A DNA stretch of 64,000 bases from Tubulanus polymorphus (taxonomy: Eukaryota > Animalia > Nemertea), in the NCBI RefSeq assembly GCF_964204645.1, contig NC_134027.1, positions 15,222,485 to 15,286,484 of the forward strand. Reading direction: 5' to 3'. Of this stretch, positions 1 to 13,110 are shown in pieces; the stretch's first letter is position 1; every line of letters begins with the position of its first letter. The notes under the pieces are model-generated. The model searched no databases, had not been told where the DNA came from, and saw only the letters and a list, made by a program, of their open reading frames with translations. A program made the translations under genes and the position numbers.

Positions 1-1981
1 ACCACAGGAAGTTATGTTTGTGTGTAGAATAATAAATGACTCTCAGGCTTAACTCGACCTAACACACGAGTAAGCAATTCCCGCAACCCCGGGTGTAGAT
101 TGCTGATAGATCCAGGAACGTAACGACTGGGTCGATTCGAAAACTATCCTCCGGGAACTAAGGATCGGGCCCAACCCTATGTTAGAACCTACAGATAGCG
201 ATGCGCACCCTTCTGTTCACCCAATAACATACGACTTCGTAGCTATACATGAACCCGAATCGACCGTATCACACACCACGTCACCCACCCCCGACGTGGA
301 ATTTCCTCGCTTGAGCCTAAATTGGATAGCGGAATAAACAGAAACCGCCCGTCACCCGAACGGGATTGCCCTACGTTCCGCTGGACTCTACCATTTCCGA
401 GAGTAAGCCTCTATACAGACCATGGACGCTCCGACCAAGTCAACGGTTTTACTACCCAACATACTATTACTAAATCGTTAATACCATTACGTTCTGCGAC
501 AGCAGCTTTTATTTATCTACCGGAAACTGACATACGTCATGCTCAAATACAAGACAGGTTCATACTCCACAAATGCTTACATACTTACAAAGGGAAAAGA
601 TAATGCGATTGACACTTGCTGTTACGCTTCAAACTTATACCATGAACATAAAGACCGCGAACATTATAACACCATAAGGGTTACCTATATAAAATGTATT
701 GAAACTTAAAGATACGCGCATAAAAGCTGGCCTTAAGGGCCTACATCGCACATACACGAAGGAAGAATAATAGTTTAATAATGCTATGAGCGCAAATAAT
801 GGTCAAACCCGTCTCTATATACTTTAGTATGAACGGGGAGGAATCAGCACATGAACCCAAGACCTAGTATCAAGAATCCGTACTTAATACATAAGTATTA
901 ACGGATTATAGTACGACGTTCCTAAGGACAAACGAGAAACACAGGGCCCGTCAATAATACATAAGTATGGACGGTGAACGTAATGCCCAATGGCTTATGG
1001 CCATAAGTAAGGAAATCGTACTATGATTTTGCCGTAGCTTAATATTTAACAAGGAGCAATGCTCAAGACTAGTAACGTAATTACAGTAAGGGGGATTCTG
1101 TGGGCCTAAGGCCCTTAATTTTAACTCGGAAAGAAGGAACAGAGACAAACGGGCACAAGACCCGCAACGCCGACAGCCGGCGCTGTCCCCGGACCGACTT
1201 ACATCTTAAAAAGACGTTCTCCGAGTAACTGACTGAAAGAGAAAACTGCGCGCCTTATATTCTGATATTGCCGACTCCGACGTGTTGCATCTTCACTCTG
1301 CGTCGCTTCACTGGTCGCTCAACAATGGCCGCCCGTCGGATGTGCTTCCTAGGATTCTTCCGAGCCGCTTTGCTGCTGAACTACGTTGTCTTCTTATCGA
1401 AGTAATATACCATTAAAAAGCTTGGAACTTGTACTTTCTGATGATATGAAATTCGTATTAGATAGTTCGGTCGTAAAGTCAAGTGAGGTCCCGAAAGGTT
1501 GCCGTCATGGGTGACTGCGTTCGAGATCGCCGGTTTAACCGTCGAATACTCGTTAGTTTTTAGACACGAAGGTGCCGAAATCATCTTCTAGGTTTGTAAT
1601 AATGATAATTATCTAAGAACTTAATTTCTGTGACTAAATACTAAGGTGATATGTTATGGTGACAGTAACAAGACGTCTTCGTAGAAACTTTAACTCTCCC
1701 GCTTATCGAGCGGGCCATGTGGCCGGACCGGAAGTAAACAAACCGGCGAAATCGGTTCATCTACCAAACTACAACTCGTGTCGCCTAAAAACGATGACAT
1801 TAGTAGATGCTTTCACCGAGTCAAGTACGGCGGCGGTACTATTTACCACCGGGAACAATTTCGGGACTAAGGAGCCGCGGGTTATCGCCGGAGTTGGAGT
1901 AAGGGGAAATGTATCTTCTGTACGGTCGCTAATAAACAAGGGGATAGAGGTATCTGTCTTGAGAAATGAAATTTTGTTACA
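1..1981. mobile_element. Long LTR (partial, begins upstream of the window), same family as 26066-28518
   Basis: Diverged colinear copy of 26331-28518. Both end in GAAATTTTGTTACA. No credible ORF. Confidence 0.6.
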
Positions 1982-2139
1982 AATGTACTAGCGCATACGA
2001 AACTGCCAGTTATTTAATTAACAAGCACCATCTGTCACCGTTTGCAGTAATCGAGCGTTAATAATTCCGCTCGTAAGTAGGGAACAGGTGTTTTTCAGTT
2101 TTACAGCGTTGTATTATATAATGTTAGATATCAACGGGT

Positions 2140-2458
2140 AGTATGAATATGGCTCAATCCTTATCTCACTACTTTGTGTATCTAAGTGAGATTTAGTTTT
2201 ATTATGTCTTGCTTTTTGAGATTTATCTATATCGATTTTACATGTTGGACAGTAGTAATTCTTATTTGCTTCCATTTTAATATCCAATTTTTTATTAAAA
2301 TTGATTTTATATGTTATTCATATTCATATTTATGAATATTATAAGAGGAATATTGTTTCATATCAAAGGTTGAACGGTCGGAAAATAAATTCGAGTGCGC
2401 GAGAATTTATTTTTCGACCGTTCGACCTTTGGTATGAAACAACTTATTCCCTATTACT
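2140..2458 (-). mobile_element. Polinton end remnant: terminal hairpin plus the 5' end of a pPolB gene
   Basis: Minus-strand ATG at 2275 gives MEANKNYYCPTCKIDIDKSQKARHNKTKSHL, matching the N-termini of the other pPolBs. The palindrome at ~2340-2458 ends in CCCTATTACT. Confidence 0.75.
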
Positions 2459-2486
2459 ATCTTTAATTCAGAACTAGCTAGTGTAT

Positions 2487-3578
2487 TATTTGACTCGATA
2501 ACTTGATCGTTTATGTCTCTGTCTGCGAGATAATCGTGATATCTTAGAGAAAGTAGTACTATTAGCAGCAGGTCGAGATGACTTTGAGAAGAGTTGAGTA
2601 ATGTCAATTAGATCTTTCATAATCCAATTAATCCATATCAATCTAACAAAATCAGAATAGTTAGAAATATTCTTAAGATAAGATAATTCATTGGGAGATG
2701 AAAATACACTTGAAATATCCTTTTCATAATAGGTTGCAATGCAAGCACCAAATTATGTAGCAGGGCCACAGACAGATGAACATGTTTGGAGTGGGTAATA
2801 ACTAGTACAATTATTACCACATACATGCACTGAATTTTCAGTAACAAAATGAGGATCATGGAGGTGGATATAAACAGGATCAGGGCAATTCAAACCTTTC
2901 AAAACAGATCTTAAATGATTTTTAAATTCTCTAGGACAACCCCATGCTAATGTATCAGCATAACACAGTTTGTTACTTTTTGGGTAAAAAACTGCTAGTG
3001 CATAATGATGGGCAACAACATTTCCATTAGAATTTAGAAATACGAAATCATTTTGGGTGCCAACATGCAGGAAAAAAATTAGTTTATCACAACTTATGAG
3101 TGGATAAGGACCGAATCTTTTATATAAATTTGAAACATATTTCTTAGCATCAAATGTAAGTGGCATCATAGATGCATGAATATTACAGTACTGTTCATTT
3201 ATCATAGATGCAAAAGTATTTAACACAGACCCTTCAAACCATTTTTGATTAGTCATCGTCTGAAGTTCTGATACAGATACGCTATTATTATTACCAACAG
3301 GAAATGGTTGAGAGGGTTTTAAGGAAAATAGCATATTTGAAAATGCTCGAATCTGTTCCCAATCGACTGAATCAATGGGGCTTAAAGGCTTACTATTTAC
3401 CCAAAGATTCATGGCAAAAAGATCTTGTTGTTTGGTTTAGGCATAAAAGAAACCTATTAATCTGATCAATAGAATAGCAGCCTGTATCGAGTCTCACATG
3501 GATATTAATGGAAGGGTCACGGACAATCCTTGACTGCATCTGTGCTTTTATGTCATCCAACTGATTTTTGTGGGGCAT
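2487..3578 (-). pseudogene. Ulp1/SENP-like (clan CE) cysteine protease domain pseudogene, probably transposon-associated
   Basis: Motifs KWFEGSVLN, HHYALAVF (His), YADTL (Asp) and YPLQTCSSVCG (Gln/Cys). Frameshift near 3400; stop at 2753 with the frame continuing past it. Confidence 0.6.
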
Positions 3579-3620
3579 AGGGGGAGGGGGGCATCATCAG
3601 CCAAATGACATGAATAAGAC

Positions 3621-3809
3621 AGTAATAGGGGTAATAGGCTTTCAGATCAAAGGTCGAAGGGTCGAGCTCGTAAAAAAATGAAAATAACAATAATTTACAG
3701 TTGAATTAGTCGCGCACACTCCTAATTCAACTGTAAATTATTGTTATTTCCATTTTTTACTCACTCGCCCCTTCAACCTTTAACCTGAAAGCCTATTACC
3801 CCTATTACT
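3621..3809. repeat. Terminal hairpin (palindrome of Polinton terminal motif)
   Basis: AGTAATAGGGGTAATAGGCTTTCAG...CTGAAAGCCTATTACCCCTATTACT, ~85-bp imperfect arms. Confidence 0.9.
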
Positions 3810-4058
3810 CTTAAAATATTCACATATACATGAATAAGATATAAATGAATAACATTTAAATTGACAGATTATTCAATATAAAAGTGTAAGCTCTTATAGA
3901 ATATATAGATAGATATATTTACAACATTATTTCAATATTCATATTTGTATGAGTTAGATTTTTAAACATTAAAAGTGTTAGTAAAGTGTGATTGAAATAA
4001 TTCATATTTAAATCATTGAACTTCTAAAATCAATTTAAAAAAAAAATTTAGTATTAAA

Positions 4059-7000
4059 ATGGAAGCAAATAAGTTGTAACGGCTGATATCCCGATGACGC
4101 GAGTGACAAGTTCTTTCTTGGTACAAATATGTTTATTTCAGTTTCAATACACTTTTATTGCGGAGTTCGATTCAGTTCTCCACGACTGGAGACGACCAGA
4201 CGACAATATTCGCAATAATTCACTTCACGGTTTCTGTAAATACCAAATACAGTAATAAGTTGGAGCTAAAATGCTCCGAAATGGCCTACGAAAAAACTTA
4301 ACCGGAAATGGAAGTTCTCCGAAACCGATATCAGTGGTAGGCTAGCTGATAAATATGACTAAAAAACGACCGAGTGACATATCACTGGCCAGAATATGGA
4401 CATTCAATTGAAAATGTTTAGTATGAACGAACGATTTGTACACACCGCTGGAAACGTATTTAATCCAGAACGCATACAAATACGACGGAATTAGCCGGCA
4501 AAAGTATATTACTTAACCCGGCAAAAATGACGAAAATATTCAATAACTAATGATATTCAACAACTGAAATTAGCTGTAAATCTTACTGGAAATACGTATT
4601 AACGGAATGTGAAGACCACAGAATAATAATAAATTAAAGGTAAAACTTACGACACGTTATGATTCCGGGATAACAAAATTTACCAAGCAGCTCCTACCGC
4701 GACTTGCACGAAGAATGAACGAGGCAAGGGAAAAAGCTTCCGTTGTTACTGAAATCACGTGACAAGTACAATGCGGTCATCGAAGTGCTGTAAAGACTTG
4801 GATTATAATACGTAGGTCTATAGGTATTCTATAGGTATAATACAATACCAATTCGTGGTCTCCACATAAGTACTACTGCCCAACATGTAATATCAATATA
4901 GATAAATCCCAAAAAGCAAGACACAATAAAACTAAAACACATTTAGAGAATAAATTGAAACTAGAATATAAAGATGATATATTAGAAACTAAATTAGATG
5001 AATTAAAGAATGAAAAAGAAACATATAAATGTGATACATGTAATCAATCATTCAGTGATAAAAGATATTATAAAGAACATTTAAAATCTAAAAGTCATAT
5101 TAGAAATAAGAATAATGATATTTTAGGTGAAGATTATTTTGATAAAGATAATGATAAGAAACAGAAGACAATTAAAAGCATAAAAAATAAATTAAACAAT
5201 AAAAGACCATACATGGAAGATGTAAGAAATTATATTAATTCATTGGATAATAAAAAAGATATAGAGATAACCGAAGCATTTAAAAGTGATATTGGCCCAG
5301 CAGCTATCGAGTTTAAATTTCATAAAGGAAAAGCATTAGAAGAAAATAAAAAACATTTAGAAAATATGAAAGAAATAATAAAAATAATAACTGATGTTGA
5401 ATATCCTAAAATAAGTATATCTTCTAAAGTTAAATTCATAAAATCTGAAAATAAACCAATATTTAATATAAATTCTCATTCACAACATATTATATCTAAA
5501 CAACATATAGATGATAAATTAGATAAATGTTATAATGAAGTAAAAACTAAAATAGAAGAGAAATATTTTGAAGGATCTGGTTTAATATTCGATGAAATAA
5601 TATTTATGACTTAACATGTTTATAACACAAAATATAATAAGTTAACTAAATCAAAACCAATTGATGAAAATAATGTATCATATTATAAAGAACCAGATAT
5701 TGAAGCATCAAGTTATATTAAACTACCATTTAAAACTAATGCTGTAATAAATGTACAAAATTGTGATGATAAATGTTTTTCTATGGGCTATAATAAGTTG
5801 TTTACATCCTGCAACTTATAATATTTGTAGATTAACTCATTATAAACAATTTGAAAATAATTATAAGATAGATAAGTATCCTGTTATAATTAAAAACATC
5901 CCAAAGATAGAAAGAGATAATAATTTAAGAATAAATGTATTTGATTTAATCAAATTACCAAATACAAAAGGTAACAATATAAAACATTATACATTAGAAC
6001 CTTTATATCTATGAAAAGATTTTGATTCAAACGATGTTATAGATATATTATATTATGAGAATCATTATATGTGGATTAAACAAATAGATTTATTCTTTAG
6101 AACAGAAAGTGATCACCATAATAAAATATATCTATGTAGAAAATGTTTACATAAATTCAGTAATGAAAGTACATTATTAAATCATAAACAATTATGTGAA
6201 AATCATGATTATTGTAAATTAGTTTTACCAAATGAAAAGGATAAAATATTAGAATTCAAAAAATATGATTATAAAAAATAAAGTTCCATTTGTTATATAT
6301 GGAGATTTTGAATCATTAAATAAAGAATTAACTGATCAAGATAGAAAAGAAATATATTATAAAAGAAAGAAATTAAATTCTAATGAAAATGATTTTTCAG
6401 ATGAACCACCAAAAACAAATACTATTAAAAAGATTCATCAATCAGCTGCAGCTTTCGGGTTATATATTAAATCTGATTATCCAGAACTAATTAAAAGTGA
6501 ATATTATCATTATAGAAATGAAAATGTTATCAATCATTTTTGTGACTTATTAATTGAATATGAAATAAGATTTAATGAAAAGTTAAATAAGAATATAGAA
6601 ATTATAATGACAGAAGAAGATAAAGAAGCATTTGAGTTTGCAGATAAATGTTATTATTGTGAAAAGATATTTAATTTTAGAGATAAAAAAGTAAGAGACC
6701 ATGATCATTTGAATGGAAAGTTTAGAGGCGCTGCACATGAGAATTGCAATTTACAAGCTAAGAAAATTAATTTTGTACCAGTTATATTTCATAATCTATC
6801 AGGATATGATGCACATTTATTCATCAAACAGTTATGCCATAAAATAGAAGAAATTAATAATGAAATAGAAAGATTAAATTCAAATAGATCAAAAGATAAA
6901 ATACCAACTTATAAATTTAGAATGTTAGCTAAAACATCTGAGAATTATATATCATTCCAATTTGGTTGCCTAAGATTTATAGATTCATATAGATTTTTAA

Positions 7001-8757
7001 ATAGTTCATTAGATAATTTATCAAAATCATTAGTTGATGATGAATTGAAAATATTAAAACAACACTACCCAAATAATGATGATTTCCAATTAATGAGATA
7101 TAAAGGAGCAATTCCATATTCTTTCTATAAAAATCATAATGATTTTAACATAACTGAATTATTAAAAGAACAATTTTATGATGAATTAAAAAATGAATAT
7201 GTTAAAGATGAAGTATATAATAGAACATTGAATATTTGGAATCATTTCAAAATAGAAAATCATGGGCAATTAGTAGATTTATATTTAAAATCAGATGTAT
7301 TATTATTAACCGATATATTCGAAAGGTTTAGAGATGTAAACCTAAAATATTTCAATATTGATCCTTGTCATTGTTATTCTAGTCCAGGTTGAACATGGGA
7401 TTGTGGATTAAAATTTACAGATATAAAAATGGATTTGTTAACAAATATAGATCAATTACTATTATTTGAAAAATCTATAAGAGGAGGAGTTTCAGGTGTA
7501 TTAGGTGATAGATATTTCAATGTAAATGATAACCCTGGATATAAGTTATAATATATAGATGCAAATAATTTGTATGGTTGGGCAATGATGGAACCACAAC
7601 CTTATGGAGTATTTGAATTAACTGAAGTTTTACAGAATGAAAATAATGATAAATTTGATTGGAAGAAAAGAATCCTAGATATTGCAGATGATTCAGATAC
7701 TGGTTACTTCTTTGTTGTAGATTTAGAATATCCTGAAAATTTAAATCTTGAAATCTAGCTTACTGTCCAGAGCATAAAACTGTAACTCATGAAGAATTAT
7801 CAAATTATCAAAAAAGAATTAAACCCGAAAATCATATTCATACAGAAAAGTTAATGGTAACTCAAGAAGATAAATATAATTATGTAGTACATTATAGAAT
7901 GTTAAAGTTTTATCTAAAACAAGGAATGATCCTAAAAAAAGTACATAGTCAATTTCATTTAGTCAATCTAAGGGGTTAGAAAAATATATAGATTTTAACA
8001 CCAAACAGAGAACTGAAGCTAAAACTGATTTCGAAAAAGATTTCTTCAAGTTAATGAATAATGCATTCTATGGTAAGACTTGTGAAAATATTAGAAATAG
8101 AAATGATATTGAGTTAGTTAGTAATGGTAAAAGAATTAGACATTTACAAACATACCCTAAGTTCATTGGTAACAGAATATTTGATGAAAATTTAGCTGCA
8201 GTTAAAATGAGAAGAACATCAATGAAATTTAAAAAACTAATCTATGTTGGCGCTTCAGTTTTAGAATTATCAAAATTACTAATGTATGAATTCTATTATA
8301 ATGTATTACAACCACTTTTTGGAGAAAAACATATAGAAATATTATATTTTGATACAGATTCTTACATATTAAAGATAAAAACTGATAACATAACTGATGA
8401 TTTAAAAACATTAAAACATCATTTTGATTTCAGTAATTAACCTAAAGATCATGAATTGTTTAGCAATGATAATAAAAAAGTGTAGTAGAAAAGAATATTC
8501 ATTTCAAAGATTACATCAATTGTATATTCAATGAAGAAGTTAGAAAACATAAAATGAGATGTTTAAGATCTGAAGATCATGAAATGTTTATTGAAGAAAT
8601 TGAAAAGATAAGTCTAAACCCATTTGATGATAAAAGATATATTCTGGATGATGGAATTCATACAGTTGCTTATGGTTGTAATTTAGATGAATACTTAAAA
8701 TTTAAAAGAGGAGAAACAAAAGAGAATGAGTTTATGAAAAGAATTCTAACGTGTTAA
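4059..8757 (+). pseudogene. pPolB: Protein-primed family B DNA polymerase (pPolB-1), disrupted, intein-free
   Basis: ExoI VIYGDFES, ExoII FHNLSGYDAH, ExoIII YLKSDVLLL, motif A YIDANNLYGWAM, motif B KLMNNAFYGK, motif C YFDTDS. Multiple stops and frameshifts, an internal deletion near 8480 and a solo LTR in the 5' end. Confidence 0.95.
4075..4866. mobile_element. Solo LTR (792 bp) inserted in the start of pPolB-1
   Basis: TGT...ACA termini and 5-bp TSD TAAGT (4070-4074, 4867-4871). Removing it restores MEANKYYCPTC. Confidence 0.85.
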
Positions 8758-8786
8758 TCACATTTTAATAAAAATATGTATTATAA

Positions 8787-9139
8787 ATGGAGAGAAAAAA
8801 ACACACAGTGAGAACAACAAATTATTTCTAGATAGAATAAAAGATACTTCAAATGTCAAATCAGTAGATTATAAATTTAAGAAGTTAAAAGAATTAATAA
8901 TCCATAAGAAATATCTAATTACAAATATTGATACAGTTACTAACAAATATGGAGATAAATTAGTTATACACTTAGAATATGAAGGATTAAAAGGAAATAC
9001 ATATAAATTCAGAACATATTTACCGGATAGATTTCATAGATTATCAAGTGAAGATCTAGAAGAATTATGTTCTGGTGATTTCTATTTCGTATACAAAGGT
9101 AAGAATGAAAAAGGGCAATATGAAATAGATTTCGAATAA
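8787..9139 (+). pseudogene. Small Polinton protein, possibly OB-fold/ssDNA-binding (frameshifted)
   Basis: Homolog of ORF 20819-21151 (FKKLKELIIHKKYLITNIDTVTNKYGDKLVIHLE...YLPDRF). Frameshift in the A-run near 8795. The fold assignment is inference. Confidence 0.6.
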
Positions 9140-9156
9140 GAAAATATGTAAAATAA

Positions 9157-9915
9157 ATGATAGAATTAAAAGAACACAGAATATTTGTTGATTCAAGAAA
9201 ACTTACAAATTATAAATCTCATGATTTACTAGTACAATTAGATAGAGAATTTAAGAATTGTGTAGATTTAAAATTAGTAAATATAAGTTTATGTAATTCT
9301 TTTTACAATGTATCGGATAAAACTATTGAACATAGAGTCTTTTTAATTCATGATAGAAATAAAAGTAAATGGTTTCATCTTTATCTTAAACCAGGATTAT
9401 ATAATTTAGATACATTAGCGCAGGAAATTAATAGAAGAGCTCGGTTGAAAATGGGTGCATCTGCTGGATTTGGATTAAGACTGATTAAAAGTTATAGCTC
9501 CGATACAATAAGAATAAAATTAGGTAATGAAGATCAACATCAATTTCTAGTTAAAAAACCTTTAGCTAAAATTTTAGGAATAACCCCAGATGTAAGGATA
9601 CGCAATGCTGATGCTACACCATATATAATGCATTTTACACACTTTTATATTTATTGCAATTTAATCGATCCTACAAAAACATTCGAAGCAACAAAAGATA
9701 TAACTTGTAATTCTGGTTTATTAAACATTTTACCATTGAAGAATGTTAAAGAATTTGGAACGCAAATAAATTATAATTTAACAGAATGTGATTTCAAACC
9801 ATGCATTCCTCGTTTTAATAATTTTAAACTAGAAATTAGAAATCACAATGGATACTTAATTGATTTAAATAATTTCCCTGTAATTTATGAATTAGTTATA
9901 AGATGTAGAGAGTAA
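9157..9915 (+). CDS. Minor capsid protein (penton, single jelly-roll), putative
   Basis: 252-aa intact ORF with a penton-like pattern (IFVDSR...LKLVNISLCNSFYNVS...PGLYNL...IYCNLID...LIDLNNFPVIYELVI), in Polinton context. Confidence 0.7.
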   Translation: MIELKEHRIFVDSRKLTNYKSHDLLVQLDREFKNCVDLKLVNISLCNSFYNVSDKTIEHRVFLIHDRNKSKWFHLYLKPGLYNLDTLAQEINRRARLKMGASAGFGLRLIKSYSSDTIRIKLGNEDQHQFLVKKPLAKILGITPDVRIRNADATPYIMHFTHFYIYCNLIDPTKTFEATKDITCNSGLLNILPLKNVKEFGTQINYNLTECDFKPCIPRFNNFKLEIRNHNGYLIDLNNFPVIYELVIRCRE

Positions 9916-9931
9916 TTTTTTCACTATATAA

Positions 9932-10276
9932 ATGAATATAACTGTTGGCCCGAGTAAATGTTTTGGGTTTGATTTTAAACATGGTAAAGAAATGAGAATT
10001 AAACTAAATGATGTAATTACTGATATAAAAAGTAAATCATTTAACAATGCATCAATGATTAATAAAGAAAATTATAATATAGAAAAAGTAATTGATTTAA
10101 TTAAATCACCTTTAGAATATTATGAATTAAATGAAGATGGAATTATTGATGATATTAAAAACATATTAACCAAAATATATGATAATCATAAAAGTAGTAA
10201 TGAAATAAATGTTGAATTAATCATAAATAAGTTAACTAAATATTTTGATGATAGTAATTTTTTGATAAATAAATGA
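9932..10276 (+). CDS. Hypothetical Polinton protein (114 aa)
   Basis: TAAATG start in a tightly packed gene array. Confidence 0.55.
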   Translation: MNITVGPSKCFGFDFKHGKEMRIKLNDVITDIKSKSFNNASMINKENYNIEKVIDLIKSPLEYYELNEDGIIDDIKNILTKIYDNHKSSNEINVELIINKLTKYFDDSNFLINK

Positions 10277-10494
10277 GTGATAATAAGTGGATAATAACTG
10301 GATTATATAATGGAGCATTACTATCAGTTGGACCTGTTGGTTATTCAATGGTATTAAAAAAAGTATTCAAAATGGGAAGTGTTAATGTTGATAAATTTGA
10401 TATAAATGATATTTTAAAATTAACATTAGCAGTTACTTTATCTAATTTAACTATTGATTATTTAGAAAAACAAAAATATATTCCTCCCATATAA
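10273..10494 (+). CDS. Small hydrophobic Polinton protein (73 aa)
   Basis: TAAATG start with ATGA overlap on the previous stop; hydrophobic segments; ends DYLEKQKYIP. Confidence 0.6.
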   Translation: MSDNKWIITGLYNGALLSVGPVGYSMVLKKVFKMGSVNVDKFDINDILKLTLAVTLSNLTIDYLEKQKYIPPI

Positions 10495-10704
10495 ATACAT
10501 AATTATTTTACTAAATAAATGGCTTCTGCAGTTATAACTATTATAGGATCGGCAATTGTTAACGCTTTAGCATTTACTGGTGGTGGATATTTATTTAATC
10601 ATATTGATAAAAATGGTTCATTATCAGAACAAAAAAGGCATAACTTAGCATAAGAGAAATACAATAAAGCAGCAGAAGAATATAGAGAAAAACGACAAAA
10701 CTAT

Positions 10705-11096
10705 CACGATAGGTAGAACACAATCTCCGTGTTGACGCGATGAGGAGAGAATCCCACAATGATAATAAAAAGTCCGAAAATGAAACTTCGAGATAGTAGT
10801 TTATTTCAACGTTTCGACTATATCCTAATAGTCATCTTCAGGAATAATGAAATTATGAGATATATATACAATCCAGAGACAAAGAGACTAATTCAAGTAA
10901 TCAGAGATGATACAAACTAAAGGAAAATTAACGTAGAAACAGTTACACGCTAAAATAGATTAAAGGGAAGCAAACTAAGGGGTGATTATAAACAACAATA
11001 GTGAGTATAAATATAAATGAAACTTAAAGTCAGTAGTAAAAAGAAAGACAAACTAGGGGGCACTTAAATTAAACAAAACTAGAAAATTGGAAATTA
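10705..11096 (-). mobile_element. Penelope-like retroelement fragment
   Basis: 11-bp TSD GACAAAACTAT (10694-10704, 11097-11107). Contains the hammerhead motif typical of Penelope pseudo-LTRs. Confidence 0.65.
10798..10850 (-). ncRNA. Minimal hammerhead ribozyme
   Basis: Minus strand: uuauuc-CUGAAGA-u-gacua(loop)uaguc-GAAA-cguu-gaaauaa. Core boxes, stem II, palindromic stem III (AACGUU) and approximate stem I are present. Confidence 0.6.
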
Positions 11097-11365
11097 GACA
11101 AAACTATATGGATTATATTAACAAGGAATTATATGATCAGAAGATTTCACATAGAGATTTTCAATCAGTCGATGATGCAATGAGTTTATATAACGCGGTA
11201 GCCAATAAAGAAAAATTACATCTATACAAACCTAAATTATCAGATTATTTTACCCCAAGTAAAGAACAACAGAAATATGAAATAATTCGGATTTTAGGGG
11301 GAACAGTTATTGTTATATTTGTTGCTTATAAGTTTACTAATTAGTAATTTTTTTTTGCTAAATAA

Positions 11366-11794
11366 ATGGAAGATAAAGTTGATAATATTGATATTATTCC
11401 TCATGATATCAGTAAAACTAAATTAAAAATATATTTAGAAAAACAAATATTAGAATTTGAAAGTCACTTACAGATAAAAAAGAAAAAATATTTAAAAAGT
11501 AAAATTATATATTATTTGATTATAAGTGGTTCGGTTACAATTAGTTCTGTAATAACATTTCTAGCAATATTCAGTCCATTAACACCTTTAGCTATATCAA
11601 TTGGTGTATTAGGATTATCATCAAGTGTATTAACTGGTATAAGTTCAAAATATAAAAAGTAATAAAGAAAAAATTAAAACTAATATAAAAGAAATTAATA
11701 AATTAAAGAATACACTAGATTATATAATAAGTTTAAATGGTCATATAACAGTTGAAGAACAAGATAAATTATTAAAAGAATTAATAAATTATTA
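11366..11794 (+). pseudogene. Two-TM Polinton protein (frameshift near 11660)
   Basis: TAAATG start, two hydrophobic helices, and an open reading continuing in another frame to ~11794. Confidence 0.55.
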
Positions 11795-11811
11795 ATTTTT
11801 TAGTTATATAA

Positions 11812-13088
11812 ATGGCAGATAGTTTTCCAAAAGCTTTCCAATATAATAAATCAATTAAATATAATATTCCTGCAATAGATTTTAATAAAGATATTACATA
11901 TAGAAATGAAGTTTTAAATTCATTAATTGATTTATATATTTATGTTACTGAAAGTAATAATTTTCATGTAAAGATGGAAAATATATTTCATGTGTATACA
12001 ATTAATTTTAAAAATTTAAATGAGGCAAAACAATGGTTATTAAAATCTAATATGAAGTATTGGCAGAACCAATTAAATTTTGCTGTTTATTGCGCAACAA
12101 CAGGATGTGGAATTAGTTGGAATGATCATTTAAACAAACCAAGTTTACCATTGATGTTATCACTTTTTAGATTTCATACATATTTTCAAATAAAATTAAT
12201 ATTAAATGAATTAGAATGTCCTTTACCAGGTTCAAAATATTTTAAAGAATTGAATAATAATATTAATTTTTCTAAGTTTTATAAAATATGTAATGAATTT
12301 AATATTAATTCAAATAAAGATTTTAGAGCAAAAATTGGAACAATGGTTGGATAAGGAATATTGTATACTAAAGAATTTGGAAAAATAATGACAAATTCAG
12401 ATATAAGAACACTAAATTGGAATGAATTACCAAAATATTATAATAATATACAACAACAAAACAATAATGGTTGGGTTAATTTCATTTTAGAAAATAGTGA
12501 AGGTTTTACTTAAGCTGATATACAAAGAATAAATCAATCTATTAGAACTTATTTGATATGTATTTTAGGTGCGCAAGTTGAAACAAGATCCCCAATAATT
12601 GGAAATGATAACACTTCATTTGATGCGCAGAAACAATTCAAAGTATTATTTGAAGATTCAATTCATAATGATAAAAATAGATCGATTCCGGAAAACATTG
12701 TAAGATATCAAAATTATTTAGATAAATCACATATTAGATTAAATTATTGTATAGGCCCTAATCTATTAATTATTTCTAATGATTTAGTATTAAAGATGGG
12801 AAACATAATTGGTTACAATAATCTAATTAAAACTGCAACAATAAATAATTCATTTGGATTAAATGATATAAATAAAAAGATTATTACTGCTCCAAAATTA
12901 ATGGAAGGTGTAAAAAATAAAAAACATATTCAATCAACTGAAACTAAAACTAATAATATTAAATTAAATAATGATTCTAAAATAAAAGATTACAATACAT
13001 CAGAAAATATCCATGAAAATCCCATGAAAATACTAAATTAGCTTTAACTTGTATAGGAATTGTAATCGGAGGAATATTATATTTTTAA
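11812..13088 (+). pseudogene. Conserved Polinton-associated hypothetical protein (~420 aa), disrupted
   Basis: WQNQLNFAVYCATTGCGISW motif. In-frame stops at ~12352 and ~12511 link ORFs 11812-12354 and 12553-13041; short duplication near 13010. Confidence 0.7.
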
Positions 13089-13110
13089 TTTTAATTTTTT
13101 TATTATGTAA

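Larger units (their letters stand above)
10519..11344 (+). pseudogene. Polinton membrane/coiled-coil protein interrupted by a Penelope-like insertion
   Basis: MASAVITIIGSAIVNALAFTGGGYLF...KRHNLA*EKY...KRQNY joins in frame to MDYINKEL... once 10705-11096 and one TSD copy are removed. Confidence 0.75.

Noticed and set aside
322-1991. Short ORFs in the LTR copies (also 26569-28341)
   Set aside because: Frames and stops are not conserved between copies and no domains are recognisable.
2753-3412. Assignment as the Polinton adenain protease
   Set aside because: Lies outside the element ends, has different base composition, and its motifs are Ulp1-like.
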